The notes under the pieces: generated by a model | The model's input: only the letters and a program-made list of their open reading frames with translations | Database searches by the model: none | Told to the model about the DNA's origin: nothing | In this document: positions 45,098-55,741 of the stretch, one piece after another | Numbering within the stretch: position 1 is the first letter of the stretch | Layout of the letters: every line of letters starts with the position of its first letter | Position numbers and translations under genes: made by a program | Assembly: GCA_964460855.1 (NCBI GenBank) | Contig: CAYWQH010000001.1 | Span: forward strand, 123,868 to 187,867 | Direction: 5' to 3' | DNA: 64,000 nucleotides | From: an uncultured Candidatus Saccharibacteria bacterium | GTDB lineage: Bacteria; Patescibacteriota; Saccharimonadia; Saccharimonadales; UBA10212

Positions 45098-46192
45098 ATG
45101 TCAAATGCCGAGGTATCAACAGCCGAGCACCCGCTCCAGCAGCAAGTTAATGAATTGTACATGCCTTGGAGCAAGGAATTCGGCGCTAATGGCAAGAGTT
45201 TTAAAGCTTTGCCTTATGAACCCGGCAAATATCCTGGCCAGAGAGTTGAGGAATTTATTTCCCGGGCCCGCCCGTACGAAGCTATTACGCCAGAAGTATT
45301 CCGGGAAATCCAGCAATTTACTTTAGGGCATTCCCTGGGCTATACCGCTTTAACAGCATATTGGCGCGGCGGCCAATTCGCCGAAGCGTTTAATCCGTAC
45401 GCCGAAGAAGTACATGAGTTGCTTAAAGCTAAAAAATCCGTTGGCGTGTTTACTATGCACTGCGAATATAAAGATACGATACTAGCCGGTGGCGCGTTGA
45501 ATTTGGCATTAAGCAAGCACCCTGGTTTGCCAGCTTATCCTTTAGACGTTTACAGTTGGACATTTATGAATAAAGCTATGGCTTATACCGGCGTTATGCG
45601 CAGCAACATTCCACGATATTTGTTGGCCCGCCGGGAACCTAAAGCAATTGCAAGCAAACTGTCGCACGCTACTAACATCGTATGGGTATCGCCGGATACG
45701 CCCAGCGCTGACCGGTTCAATATACCTGAAGAAATAAGCAATTATTTAAATATTAATGCCATGCGCGATTTTAAAACGGCTACCCCAGGCCATGGTGTGC
45801 TTTTGGCTGCGGCGCTGCACGGCAGCCAAACGAAACTGAGAGCTGACGATGATACATATGTACAACCCGAGGTACGTCCAGGCTCATTCGGCCTAATGCG
45901 GCAAGTTGATGCGGTACTCCCAGTAGTAATAGTTAAACAAGGAAAATCAAGGATTGCCGATTGGGCCGTTGGCGAACTAATGCCTAATAGCAAAAATAAG
46001 AAAGACAGCTTACCGCAAGTTAACTCCATTAACACCGAGCTGGCCAAGATGCTAAACGAATTAACGGGTAGGGACGTAGAATACACCGAGTTAGTATCAG
46101 ATGGAGACAATATTGTTCGGCGCATCGCGCAAACTGCTCTAAAAGGCGCGATCATGCCAATTATGATCCAGCAACAAAAGCGAGCTACTTAA
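45098..46192 (+). CDS. Hypothetical protein, possible HX4D acyltransferase-like
   Basis: 364 aa. FTMHCEYKDTIL contains an H-x4-D motif like PlsC/GPAT block I. This is weak, motif-only evidence. Confidence 0.5.
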   Translation: MSNAEVSTAEHPLQQQVNELYMPWSKEFGANGKSFKALPYEPGKYPGQRVEEFISRARPYEAITPEVFREIQQFTLGHSLGYTALTAYWRGGQFAEAFNPYAEEVHELLKAKKSVGVFTMHCEYKDTILAGGALNLALSKHPGLPAYPLDVYSWTFMNKAMAYTGVMRSNIPRYLLARREPKAIASKLSHATNIVWVSPDTPSADRFNIPEEISNYLNINAMRDFKTATPGHGVLLAAALHGSQTKLRADDDTYVQPEVRPGSFGLMRQVDAVLPVVIVKQGKSRIADWAVGELMPNSKNKKDSLPQVNSINTELAKMLNELTGRDVEYTELVSDGDNIVRRIAQTALKGAIMPIMIQQQKRAT

Positions 46193-46196
46193 CTAG

Positions 46197-46997
46197 TTAC
46201 CTAACGACTAATAATACAATTATTCCAACGATGATTCGGTAGTAGGCGAAGATTCTTAAGTTATGCGTCGATACGTAGCGCAGTAGCCAGCTAACGGCAA
46301 ATAGCCCTGATATAAACGAAGCGATGGTGCCTAACAGTAAACCGGTAGACCCTCCGGTGATTGAACTCAACTGGTCGGCGTCCTTAACTAACTTGTATGC
46401 GCTGGCGGCCAGCAATATCGGGATGCCGGCGTAAAACGAAAACGTCGTGGCTGTTAATCGGTTAAGCCCGCCAAACAAACCGCCGACAATCGTGGCGCCG
46501 GATCGTGACGTACCAGGAATTAAGGCTACGCACTGGGCCAGGCCGACTATCAATGCCTGCTTAACAGATACCTTCTCGAGCTCCAATTTATTATGGTCGG
46601 TTTCGGCCTGCGGACGCCTGTCGGCCAGCCATAAAATTACACCGCCGACAATCATTGCCACCGCAACCACGCCGGCCGTGGCGTATTTTTCAAAACTTTT
46701 ATCCAGGGCCAAACCCAGCAAGCCGGCCGGGATAATAGCCACTATTAAAACTTTAATAAAATGCCGGGCAACTTTATCGCCCTTAAAGAACTTGCTGATT
46801 TTATCCGTAATGTCGTTGCGGAAATACCAAATGGCCGCACAGGTCGCCCCCAGCTGCACCACAACAGTAAACAACTTGGCGGCGTCTTCGAACTTCATAA
46901 AATGCTCGGCCAAAATCAAATGGCCGGTACTGCTAATGGGCAGGAACTCGGTCAAACCCTCGACGATACCTAAAAATATTGCTTGTAATACGTCCAC
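46197..46997 (-). CDS. uppP: Undecaprenyl-diphosphate phosphatase
   Basis: GLTEFLPISSTGHLIL and the PGTSRSGATI motifs. Confidence 0.93.
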   Translation of the reverse strand: MDVLQAIFLGIVEGLTEFLPISSTGHLILAEHFMKFEDAAKLFTVVVQLGATCAAIWYFRNDITDKISKFFKGDKVARHFIKVLIVAIIPAGLLGLALDKSFEKYATAGVVAVAMIVGGVILWLADRRPQAETDHNKLELEKVSVKQALIVGLAQCVALIPGTSRSGATIVGGLFGGLNRLTATTFSFYAGIPILLAASAYKLVKDADQLSSITGGSTGLLLGTIASFISGLFAVSWLLRYVSTHNLRIFAYYRIIVGIIVLLVVR

Positions 46998-47924
46998 TTA
47001 AAGCCACCTTTGCCGTCTAAAAATTAAATACGAAATCGTTATGGCCAGGCCCATAATGCTTAATATAAACCAGACGGCATTTATATTATGCATCAGCGGC
47101 AGCTGAACATTCATACCGTAAAAACCGGTAATCACGTTTATTAAACTAATAAAAATCGCGATGCTGGTTAGAAGCTTGAATATTTTATTTAAGTTGTTAG
47201 TGACAATTGCTGTATAGGCTTCGCGGATATTACGGGTGGTGCGCAGCCGCGAATCGGCCAGCTGGATCAGTTCGGCTACGCCCAGTTGCAGGTCTTCGAT
47301 TAAATCGCGGTCATCTACGTATAGCTTCATAAAGCGGCCATTTAACAAGGTTGTAAGTACGCCGCCCATCGGCTCCAATACAAATAACAAATCGGTAAGG
47401 TCTTCTTCGATATCCACGAATAGCGCGAAGTTTTCGTTTTCGATATGGGCCCGGCTAAATTGGGCGCGCAGCTCGGCCACCCGGCGGCTGGCCTGGTTTA
47501 TACGGCGTTTGTAACCAACGTTTATAAAGCTAAGAATTTGCAAAACCAACTGGGTGCGCTTGCTGGTATAGATTTTGTTTTCGGCTATAAAAGTTTCCAA
47601 TTCGTGGAAAGGCTTGCGGCTGATAGTAATTAAACGCTTGGGCGTATCGATGATCAATATAGGTGCCGTAGTCGATTTTTCGCTTTCGTCCAACGTAAAC
47701 CGGGTGAATATATATGTGATAGACTCCTGGCGTTCGACGCGCGGCGACTCATTAACGTCAACGCCGTCGCGCAGTAAATCGCGGTCCAGCCCATACTCCT
47801 CGCTTAATTGCTTAAGGTCGGAAGAGTTAGGCGCTTCGATATGCACCCAGCTGCCTTCGCGCGGCTTGGTAATCTCTTTTAAAGCCGGTGATTTGGCGTT
47901 ACTGTAAAAAACCCTGGCTATCAC
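46998..47924 (-). CDS. corA: CorA-family magnesium transporter
   Basis: C-terminal YGMNV signature between two TM helices. Confidence 0.9.
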   Translation of the reverse strand: MIARVFYSNAKSPALKEITKPREGSWVHIEAPNSSDLKQLSEEYGLDRDLLRDGVDVNESPRVERQESITYIFTRFTLDESEKSTTAPILIIDTPKRLITISRKPFHELETFIAENKIYTSKRTQLVLQILSFINVGYKRRINQASRRVAELRAQFSRAHIENENFALFVDIEEDLTDLLFVLEPMGGVLTTLLNGRFMKLYVDDRDLIEDLQLGVAELIQLADSRLRTTRNIREAYTAIVTNNLNKIFKLLTSIAIFISLINVITGFYGMNVQLPLMHNINAVWFILSIMGLAITISYLIFRRQRWL

Positions 47925-47985
47925 GCATATGCTCCTTTAAGCATTAAGTATATCGGGTTTTGGCTACATCGGATAAAATTTATAT

Positions 47986-50181
47986 GTGCTTTCAAGCGTA
48001 ATCAGTCGCCGGATGATCGTGTTATGGCAGATTTTATTTCTGCTGCTTGGCACTACCTGGTTTTTGGCGCCCCATTTAAATAGCCTGTTGTCGTACCGTA
48101 CTTCGCTTATCAGCCAGTATGAAGCGCCGGGGCAAGCTTTTGCCTGGCTGTTCCGCGGCGGTGATTTTATTGCCGGCGCCCTGCTTTTATATATGGCTAT
48201 TAAATTCCTGGCCCGCGGTTTCCGGGTGCCGGGCTGGATGCTGCTGGCAATTAGCATCGGCTTAATGGCCGATCCGCTGTTTCATACTACATGCCGGATG
48301 ACCGGCGATACCTGCCAGGAGTATTTTTCGGTTTGGTATTTGCTGCACGCCATAGAAACGGTTTTTACCTCGTTAACGTTTTTCGTTTTAGCGGCCTACG
48401 ACAGTTGGAACCGCAAAAAAGTCGTTTCAATCGTTTTTGCCGTTTTACAGGTTTTATACGGCGCCTTGTTTATCTCGCAATTAGCCGACAAGCAAAGTTT
48501 TAATACGGCGTCGCAATACCTTTACCAGGCGACTTTAATTGTTTGGCTGGCCTGGTTTTGCCGCGATAAACTGGCCGAAAAAAGTTTTGCCACTAACGAT
48601 ACCGAGCAAAAACTAGCTAAAAACACCATGGCCGCCTGGGCGTTCTTTAACGGCTTTTTGGCGATTTTAATCAGCCTGGCCCACCTGAATTTACTGGGCC
48701 GGGTGCGCGGCATTTATTTTAGCGGCGACACGGCCTGGCTGGCCCAGCACGGAATATTGGTAGGCATTGTAATGCTTTATTTGGCCCGCCACTTAGCCCG
48801 CGGCGAAGCCCGGGCCCGCCAGATATTCCTACTGCTTTGCGGGCTGGAAACAATCAAATACTCATTAATAACGCCGCACCTTGGGCTGCTGATGTTTTAC
48901 TTGTTAACTTTTGTAGTTTTGTTTGTACTGCGCGACGATTTCGACCGCGGCACAATTCCGATGACCTGGAGCTTGCGTTTCCGCGATTTGTATTACTTGG
49001 TCGGCGGATTACTGTTTACAGCATTTATATCTCTGCTAATTTTAGACCGCGATAACCGGGTTTCGTTAATTACCGCCCGGGCCTTCAGCCATTTAACAGA
49101 TTACACATTCCATAACCAGCCGGTTATGCACCGGCACATCGAATCAATCTTGCTGGCTAACAGCATTACGGTATTTATTATCGCCAGCATGATGGCCGTA
49201 CTGTGGGTTTTATTCCGTCCCTATAAAATGCCGGCTTCCGGCCCGGCCTCTGCCAACAAACCGTCTGAAAGTTTAGCCAAATACAGTAACTCGACCGAAG
49301 ATTTCTTTAAAACCTGGCCGGCCGATAAACGATATTATTGGAATAAATCCGGCAGCGGTTTTGTGGCCTATAAAATAATCGGCCCGACCGTTTTCGCCTT
49401 AGCCGATCCCATCGGCCCGCAACGCGGCCCGCTGCTGGAAGAATTCGTAGTATGGTGCCGGCGGCGGCGGCTAAATTGCTGCTTTTTACCGGTATACGAG
49501 AAGAGTTTAAGCAGTTATGAAGCTGCCGGCTTAAACAGTTTGCAGATCGGCTCCAGCGCGGTAATTGACATTAAAAATTTCCTAGAAGAAACGGCCCGCA
49601 ACAAGTGGTGGCGCTGGCGGCTCAACAAAACTAATAAAACCGGCGTACAGTACCAGGTTTCGGCAGCGCCGCACCCGGCAAAATTGCTCGAACAATTTAA
49701 AAAAGTTTCAGATACCTGGCTGGGTTTGGGCGGCCACGAAGAGCGCGGCTTTGCCCTTGGCTATTTCGATAAACAATATATAAACCAATGTACCGTCCAT
49801 TACTTGGTAGACGACCAAGGCACAGTAGTAGCTTTTTGCAACCAGCTGCCGCAATTTAAAAAGCTGGGCACCATGACGATCGACATGCTGCGCTACGAAC
49901 CGCAAACCGACGCCATGGCTTTCTTGTTATTTAAAACTATCGAACACGCCCAAACTGAGTATGAGTATTTTGACCTAGGCTTTGTGCCATTCGCCAAGGC
50001 AAGCGGCCCGCTGTTGACCATTGCTAAAACTATCAGCGCCGGCTGGTTTTCGGCCCGCGGCCTGGAGCAATTCAAAAACAAATTCGAGCCGGACTGGCAA
50101 CCCAATTACCTGGTTTATGACGGCGACTTAACCAACTTGGCGGTAATCGCCATCAACCTCGAAAAAGCCATGTCCGTTTAG
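47986..50181 (+). CDS. MprF-like protein: polytopic membrane domain + lysyl-phosphatidylglycerol synthase C-terminal domain (DUF2156)
   Basis: 731 aa. The C-terminal half (...GFVAYKIIGPTVFALADPIGP...ERGFALGYFD...MLRYEP...) fits the aminoacyl-PG synthase domain. The exact start is uncertain. Confidence 0.75.
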   Translation: MLSSVISRRMIVLWQILFLLLGTTWFLAPHLNSLLSYRTSLISQYEAPGQAFAWLFRGGDFIAGALLLYMAIKFLARGFRVPGWMLLAISIGLMADPLFHTTCRMTGDTCQEYFSVWYLLHAIETVFTSLTFFVLAAYDSWNRKKVVSIVFAVLQVLYGALFISQLADKQSFNTASQYLYQATLIVWLAWFCRDKLAEKSFATNDTEQKLAKNTMAAWAFFNGFLAILISLAHLNLLGRVRGIYFSGDTAWLAQHGILVGIVMLYLARHLARGEARARQIFLLLCGLETIKYSLITPHLGLLMFYLLTFVVLFVLRDDFDRGTIPMTWSLRFRDLYYLVGGLLFTAFISLLILDRDNRVSLITARAFSHLTDYTFHNQPVMHRHIESILLANSITVFIIASMMAVLWVLFRPYKMPASGPASANKPSESLAKYSNSTEDFFKTWPADKRYYWNKSGSGFVAYKIIGPTVFALADPIGPQRGPLLEEFVVWCRRRRLNCCFLPVYEKSLSSYEAAGLNSLQIGSSAVIDIKNFLEETARNKWWRWRLNKTNKTGVQYQVSAAPHPAKLLEQFKKVSDTWLGLGGHEERGFALGYFDKQYINQCTVHYLVDDQGTVVAFCNQLPQFKKLGTMTIDMLRYEPQTDAMAFLLFKTIEHAQTEYEYFDLGFVPFAKASGPLLTIAKTISAGWFSARGLEQFKNKFEPDWQPNYLVYDGDLTNLAVIAINLEKAMSV

Positions 50182-50259
50182 CCCTTATTGACAAGTTATC
50201 CGTTACGGTTGACAATGAGCTTATAACATTAGCGGGTGGGGTTAAAAAGGAGGCGTAAT

Positions 50260-50655
50260 ATGGCAACTAATTCTACACCCACAGGTTGGGTTGGCTGGGC
50301 TTACTTTGCCAGCTTTATGATGATGATCCTGGGGGTTTTCCAGGGCATCGCCGGGCTGGCGGCAATTTTTAAGGATAATTTCTTCGTGGTTACCTCAAAC
50401 CACCTTTTGGTTTTTAATTTTAAAACCTGGGGTTGGATTAACCTGATACTTGGCATCGTAATTTTCCTGGCGGCACTAGAGTTGATGCGCGGCGCCATGT
50501 GGGCCCGGATCGTAGCCGTTTTACTAGCTGCACTGAGCTTTATAGCCAACGCCGGTTTTATCGACGCTTACCCGTTTTGGTCGTTGAGCATGATGTTAGT
50601 TGACGTGTTAATTATCTACGCGCTAACCGTACACGGCGCTGAACTTAGAGAATAA
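50260..50655 (+). CDS. Small four-TM membrane protein
   Basis: Perfect SD AAAGGAGG precedes the ATG at 50260. Hydrophobic helices. Confidence 0.65.
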   Translation: MATNSTPTGWVGWAYFASFMMMILGVFQGIAGLAAIFKDNFFVVTSNHLLVFNFKTWGWINLILGIVIFLAALELMRGAMWARIVAVLLAALSFIANAGFIDAYPFWSLSMMLVDVLIIYALTVHGAELRE

Positions 50656-50662
50656 ATAACTA

Positions 50663-50702
50663 AAAATAAAAAATACCCTGCCAGATTGCAGGGTATTTTT
50701 TA
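50663..50702. terminator. Bidirectional intrinsic terminator
   Basis: A-run, ataccctgc-cagatt-gcagggtat, T-run, located between convergent genes. Confidence 0.85.
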
Positions 50703-50718
50703 TATTGATTACCAATAA

Positions 50719-51033
50719 TTACATTGGCATTGCTTCGCAAACTTCAACGCCAGCTTCAGACTGGCTGAGTATCGGGCAGCCTTTGGCCATTTCGACGGCC
50801 GCGTCGTGGCTGTCGGCATTAACGATGCTGTAGCCGCTGGCGGCGTGGTTGCCGGGGGCGTCGCTAACACCACTGGACATTACTACTTTTGACGGGCCAA
50901 ACGGATTGCCGCCGTCAACTAAGCTAGCTCCCAATTTTTCGAACCAGGCGCCCCACTCAGCCATATTTTTATCTTGCTCTTCTTTGGTTGCCCCGGCCAT
51001 GCCGCCGTGATAAATAAATACGAACTTTGCCAT
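50719..51033 (-). CDS. YCII-related domain protein
   Basis: MAKFVFIYHGG...W..W...LG..LVDGGNP... pattern. 104 aa. Co-oriented with ArsR. Confidence 0.6.
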   Translation of the reverse strand: MAKFVFIYHGGMAGATKEEQDKNMAEWGAWFEKLGASLVDGGNPFGPSKVVMSSGVSDAPGNHAASGYSIVNADSHDAAVEMAKGCPILSQSEAGVEVCEAMPM

Positions 51034-51044
51034 GTTGTTTCTCC

Positions 51045-51329
51045 TTAATTAATTTTTATTTGGTTAAAGTTACGCAGCCAGACGTCTACTTCTTTTAGGG
51101 CGCCGGTAGCCAGGCTTAAATAGCGGGTCCGGCCGCGGCGCTCGCGGAATACCAATCCGGCTTCTTCCAGCACACTAACGTGCTTGGAAACAGCCGGCAG
51201 TGATATGCCGTAAGGGGCAGCCAGTTCGCTGATGGGCGCTTCGCCTTTGGCCAACTGTTCAATAATGCCCCGGCGGGTTGGGTCGGCTAATGCGCCGAAG
51301 GTGCCATCCAGAGTGCGATACTTAACCAT
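51045..51329 (-). CDS. ArsR/SmtB-family transcriptional regulator
   Basis: FGALADPTRRGIIEQLAKGEAPISELAAPYGISLPAVSKHVSVLEEAGLV. The start was moved to the internal ATG. Confidence 0.85.
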   Translation of the reverse strand: MVKYRTLDGTFGALADPTRRGIIEQLAKGEAPISELAAPYGISLPAVSKHVSVLEEAGLVFRERRGRTRYLSLATGALKEVDVWLRNFNQIKIN

Positions 51330-51377
51330 ATAGTTAAGTATCAAGCAGTCCCGCAACTTAAGCAAGCATATGCGATA

Positions 51378-52859
51378 TTATTTGCTGGTAACGCCAATAA
51401 TTACAGTATTGGTATCGGCTTGTAAAACCGCGGTGCTCTTTTTGGAAGCAACATCATAATAGTAGGCAGTAAAAGGCGTGGTAGTTGTACTGGGGTTTAG
51501 CACATCAATCACGTATTCGTTTGCCGTTAGAAATTCGGGCAGGCCGTCAATATTGCTGTTAGCCGCGAACGCGGCGCCGGTACTATTATTGCCTGCCATG
51601 AACAGTTTGTTGTCGGCCACGTAAAACGGCGTTAAATCGTTAGTGTAACCTGCATGAACCGTGTAGGATTTCAGCTTTCCGTCGGCGCCTTTTTCGTGAA
51701 GCGTGCCAATTGTAGCCAATGGGGTGGCCTTACCTGAGTTAACATTTACTTCTACAACGTTGTACGGCGGCGCGCCCTGCCAGCCCAGCGCCGGGCCGTC
51801 TATCGCGGTGGCTACGGCATCATCGTTGTTACCGGCGATGTAATCATAGTTTTGGCCGTCTGAACTTACCTGGCCGTTAGTAAATATTTTGGTTTTATCG
51901 GCCGTAACCAGGGGTTTGGCCGTGCCGGCGCTGAGGTCGGCCACCTGGGGCAGGTCGGGTCCGCCGTCGCAGGCGTAACAGCCGGTGGCGTAAACCATTT
52001 GTTTCTTTTGGCTGTCAAAGCTGTATATATAGATTGTTTTGTTATCTGCATTGGTAATTTTAATGTCACTGACATTTTGGCCGTTCAAATCCATGGTTTT
52101 TAAGCTGGTAACCGCTTTGTTGGAGCCGGTAGTAATTATAGTGAATACGATACTCTTGCCGTCAACGCTGTACGTTAAACTGTTAACCGATACCAAGGTA
52201 TTAGCCGATGCCGGTGCCGGCGCTTTAAAAACCTGCTTAAAAGTTTTACCGCCGTTGGTGCTCGAATAAATGCTGTCGGTATCCGAAAATACAATGTTTT
52301 GGCCGCGGGATTTGGTTTGGGCAATGCTGCCATAGCTGCCGCTGGCGTTCTTGTTGGTTAATGTCAGTAGCGTAGTGCGGTCGCCGCCTTTGGCCGGCCG
52401 CGAATAAATTACGAACGGATCGGTCTCTTTAGCCCGAGAGGCATAAATTATATTTTCGGCCACTGGTATTTGCGGCGCGGATTGGGTTTGGGTAATTAAA
52501 GCCGTATTGGTTTTTGTAACTGGCGCCGGTTTCTTTTTATAAACTTTAACGTAATAGTATGAACCGCCGGCGGCAAGCAGCAGCAATAATATAATTAATA
52601 AAATCCACCACTTTTTACGTGATTTTTTGGGGCGCGGGGTGTCGTAGCCGGGTGGGATGTGGTCGTGGTGGTGCCCGGCGGAATGGCGCGGCGCGGCTGG
52701 CCCGGCAATCGGGCCATGGCTATCCGGCGGCTGGCTGGGCGGTGGCCCGGAGCCGCCGGGCGGCGGCATTGGCGGCCGGCCAGGGTTGATATCATTCATA
52801 GTCGGCCGCGGTTGGTTGGGCGGCCGGTAATCCGGTGGCATATTAAAATTATGCCACAA
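51378..52859 (-). CDS. Membrane-anchored protein: Pro-rich N-tail, TM helix, beta-propeller-like ectodomain
   Basis: 493 aa. P-rich low complexity, then KKWWILLIILLLLLAAGG. Confidence 0.6.
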   Translation of the reverse strand: MWHNFNMPPDYRPPNQPRPTMNDINPGRPPMPPPGGSGPPPSQPPDSHGPIAGPAAPRHSAGHHHDHIPPGYDTPRPKKSRKKWWILLIILLLLLAAGGSYYYVKVYKKKPAPVTKTNTALITQTQSAPQIPVAENIIYASRAKETDPFVIYSRPAKGGDRTTLLTLTNKNASGSYGSIAQTKSRGQNIVFSDTDSIYSSTNGGKTFKQVFKAPAPASANTLVSVNSLTYSVDGKSIVFTIITTGSNKAVTSLKTMDLNGQNVSDIKITNADNKTIYIYSFDSQKKQMVYATGCYACDGGPDLPQVADLSAGTAKPLVTADKTKIFTNGQVSSDGQNYDYIAGNNDDAVATAIDGPALGWQGAPPYNVVEVNVNSGKATPLATIGTLHEKGADGKLKSYTVHAGYTNDLTPFYVADNKLFMAGNNSTGAAFAANSNIDGLPEFLTANEYVIDVLNPSTTTTPFTAYYYDVASKKSTAVLQADTNTVIIGVTSK

Positions 52860-52964
52860 GCATAAGGATTAAACATTAGTTATTTTGGTTTTATTAGGTT
52901 TTAACCTGGTAATTATGGCGGGTAGTTGTCACATTACAACAATCAAGTTTTACGCAAAGGCGGG

Positions 52965-53678
52965 TTAAGGAGTAGGTACGGTGGTGGCGTTGGTCGGTAC
53001 GGTTATGTGTACGTTCTTATATTCGTAATCGGTGTTGTACTGGGTAGAACCAACTGCATAAGTAGCCCGGGCGATCTTTTTTGTTTGGGTGTTAACAAAC
53101 AGCTTGGTAGTAGCGCCGCCGCTGGTGCTGGTAATTTCCCAAACATCACAAGTGCCGCCGCCAACCGGGCAGGCTTGCTGGCCCTTATAGTTTGCTGACT
53201 TTTTATAGTTCTCCAGTTTGGTAGTGTCGTATTGAAAGGTCGTGGGGTCAAAGCCGGATGCCGAAGATTTACTCGCCGGATATTTAACGCAGGTCGTCGC
53301 CGTATTGCAAACATAATAAGCAGTTGGCGTATAAATGGCGGTTACATTTTGGCCCTTAACCGAGTAAGCGTAACTGTAGTTGCCCTGCCCGTCGGATATC
53401 ATCGTAGTTTTTGAGGGAGTGCCGTTTACGGTGGTCGTAATAGTAGCAGCGTAAGGCTGGTTTGAGTTTACGGCCGGCTCGAATGCCGGTGTGGTGCTGG
53501 CTGTAGATTGGGAACTTGGGGTGCTGGTACTGGCCGCTTCTTTGTCTTTTTTGTTTTTATGGGCCACATAAACTGCCGCCAGGCCTCCCACCAATAAAAT
53601 GGCAATCAAAATAATTAGCCACCACTTTTTGTTAGATCCACCCTTGCCGTTTTCGTAATATTGCTGGTCAGGATCCAT
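52965..53678 (-). CDS. Membrane-anchored secreted hypothetical protein
   Basis: The KKWWLIILIAILLVGG anchor has the same style as the neighbouring gene. Confidence 0.55.
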   Translation of the reverse strand: MDPDQQYYENGKGGSNKKWWLIILIAILLVGGLAAVYVAHKNKKDKEAASTSTPSSQSTASTTPAFEPAVNSNQPYAATITTTVNGTPSKTTMISDGQGNYSYAYSVKGQNVTAIYTPTAYYVCNTATTCVKYPASKSSASGFDPTTFQYDTTKLENYKKSANYKGQQACPVGGGTCDVWEITSTSGGATTKLFVNTQTKKIARATYAVGSTQYNTDYEYKNVHITVPTNATTVPTP

Positions 53679-53749
53679 GCCTCAACACCTCCTTAGAATC
53701 CCCTAAGTATAGCAGTAGCAGCCTGGCAAAGATAACGCTCAAGCCGGGC

Positions 53750-54301
53750 TTATTTATGACCGTACCATTCCAAAGCCACCTTCTTTAAGTTGGCAATTTT
53801 GCCGCCTTTTTGCCAATCGTAGGAGTTATAATCATTTTCGCCATATTGTTTGCGCAGGTCTTCCTTTACCTTAATATATTCTTGCATTGCTTCCGGATGT
53901 GATCGCAAATAATCCCTAAAGCTCAAGTAGCCCACGATAGCCGGATTGCCGGTTTGTAATGTATGGATGTTATATTTGCGTTCGCCGTTTTCATCGTAAG
54001 TAAAATATTCTTCGTTTTGGCCAACGTAATCGCCTTTGGCGGCGTAGCCCAAAGCTTCGAATTCAGGCCTCAAATCTTTTACTTTTCCCAGGTCTCTTAC
54101 GACGGCGCACACATCAATTTGGGCCTTCGCCAGCATGCCCGGTATCGACGTGCTGCCTACGTGGTGAAAATCAATTAAGTTATCGCCGTAAAGCGGGGCA
54201 ATTTGTTGCTTTAGCTTGTCAAACTCTTCCGCCCATGCCGGATCGTACGGCAATAAATTATAAGATTTGTTCTTGCGACCGGCGCGTTCCCATTCGCTCA
54301 T
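53750..54301 (-). CDS. GrpB family protein
   Basis: HHVGSTSIPGMLAKAQIDV motif and matching length. Confidence 0.8.
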   Translation of the reverse strand: MSEWERAGRKNKSYNLLPYDPAWAEEFDKLKQQIAPLYGDNLIDFHHVGSTSIPGMLAKAQIDVCAVVRDLGKVKDLRPEFEALGYAAKGDYVGQNEEYFTYDENGERKYNIHTLQTGNPAIVGYLSFRDYLRSHPEAMQEYIKVKEDLRKQYGENDYNSYDWQKGGKIANLKKVALEWYGHK

Positions 54302-54339
54302 GGCTTAAGTATACAATTGTATGTGTTTTAGAATTGAAT

Positions 54340-55419
54340 TCAGGGGTTTAACTCCTGCAGTAAAGGCAGTACCTCTTTGTCGGCCAAAGTGTTAGATTGC
54401 GTGATGTAATTCATATATAAAACCGCGTCGCCATATTTGGTTACGAAAGTCTTGCCGGTGGAAGCTCTTCTCTTGAAACTATAAATTCCTTGGCCGGAGT
54501 TATTTTTAGAAACTAGTGTGCAATCCTGTTTTGACTCAACAAATAACAGGTCGCAGCTTAAAGGCGGATTATATAGCTCCGAATATTTAGTTTCTGTAAT
54601 AAAAACCTGGGCGATTTTAAGACCCGATTTGTCTTGGTAGTCATAAATGGAATAAAGAACATTTTTCCCTGCACCATTTGTGATTATTCTTGATGAGCTT
54701 AATTTAAAATTTAGTGTATCGCTATTTTTCGGTGTAACGCTAGTGAAATCTATCGTTACGTTTTGCTGAGCCGACTGTTGCGCAGGGTTATTTGCCGCTA
54801 AATTCACGGGCTTATGCATTCTAAGGATGACGCCCGAAATAAAGACTAAACCTACCATGCCAGCCACAAGCAGCCAGGGATTAGTTTTATTCTGGTATTT
54901 TTTAATGGTTCTAATCAAAAATAAGATTCCACCCACTAGAATCACAATTGGCAGAATGTAGAATGCCGTTGCAAAAAGCTGAACTATAACATATGCCGAG
55001 TCGGTAAAAACTATGTGTTTTTGAAAGTAGGCAAAATATATTTTTAAAAATTGGATTGTCAGGATAAAGGCTAATATATAGGAAATTACCAACGGTAAGT
55101 TCGCGGCGTCGCCGGAGCCTAAATTGTTTGCCATGCGTGGCTGGACAGCTTGAGAGGTATTAATTGCCGGCGCAAAATTGTTGGAGTTTCTTTTGTTAGA
55201 GATTAAGTTGATTAACATGTACAAAACGAAAGTTATAAACACCCAGGCGATCAGGCCGATTACCAATGCCGTCCCGTTGGGATTGCCTTCTGTTCTTTGG
55301 TCGCTAAAGCTGCTGGACGACCAAGACAGGTAAACCATAATAAATAAACCGCAGAATGCACCAACTACAATCGATATCGCCAGCTTAAGCGATTTGTTCA
55401 TAGCATTATAGTAATTCAC
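54340..55419 (-). CDS. Polytopic membrane protein with a C-terminal soluble domain
   Basis: 359 aa with several TM helices. No motif recognised. Confidence 0.55.
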   Translation of the reverse strand: MNYYNAMNKSLKLAISIVVGAFCGLFIMVYLSWSSSSFSDQRTEGNPNGTALVIGLIAWVFITFVLYMLINLISNKRNSNNFAPAINTSQAVQPRMANNLGSGDAANLPLVISYILAFILTIQFLKIYFAYFQKHIVFTDSAYVIVQLFATAFYILPIVILVGGILFLIRTIKKYQNKTNPWLLVAGMVGLVFISGVILRMHKPVNLAANNPAQQSAQQNVTIDFTSVTPKNSDTLNFKLSSSRIITNGAGKNVLYSIYDYQDKSGLKIAQVFITETKYSELYNPPLSCDLLFVESKQDCTLVSKNNSGQGIYSFKRRASTGKTFVTKYGDAVLYMNYITQSNTLADKEVLPLLQELNP

Positions 55420-55459
55420 TTAAAGAGTTATACATATTTTTATTTGATAGAATATTTTT

Positions 55460-55741
55460 ATGAGTACTACTAAATTAGCCGACGGCGTAGTCCACAAAAT
55501 GCCGGCCGATTTGCGCAAAGTTTTAGAAGCCAGCGAAGAAGCCAGCATGCTTTGGGCCGACATTACACCATTGGCGCGTAACGAATGGATTTGCTGGGTC
55601 GTAGAAGCCAAGCGGCTGGACACCCGCAAGAACCGCGTCGATCGGGTCCGCGACGAATTAATCCAAGGCATGCGCCGCCCCTGCTGCTGGATCGGCTGCA
55701 TCCACCGCGTCAAAAACGGCAAAGCCGTTTTCGCTAAATAG
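55460..55741 (+). CDS. YdeI/OmpD-associated family protein
   Basis: MPADLRKVLE....LWADITPLARNEWICWVVEAKRLDTRKNRV pattern. Confidence 0.6.
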   Translation: MSTTKLADGVVHKMPADLRKVLEASEEASMLWADITPLARNEWICWVVEAKRLDTRKNRVDRVRDELIQGMRRPCCWIGCIHRVKNGKAVFAK

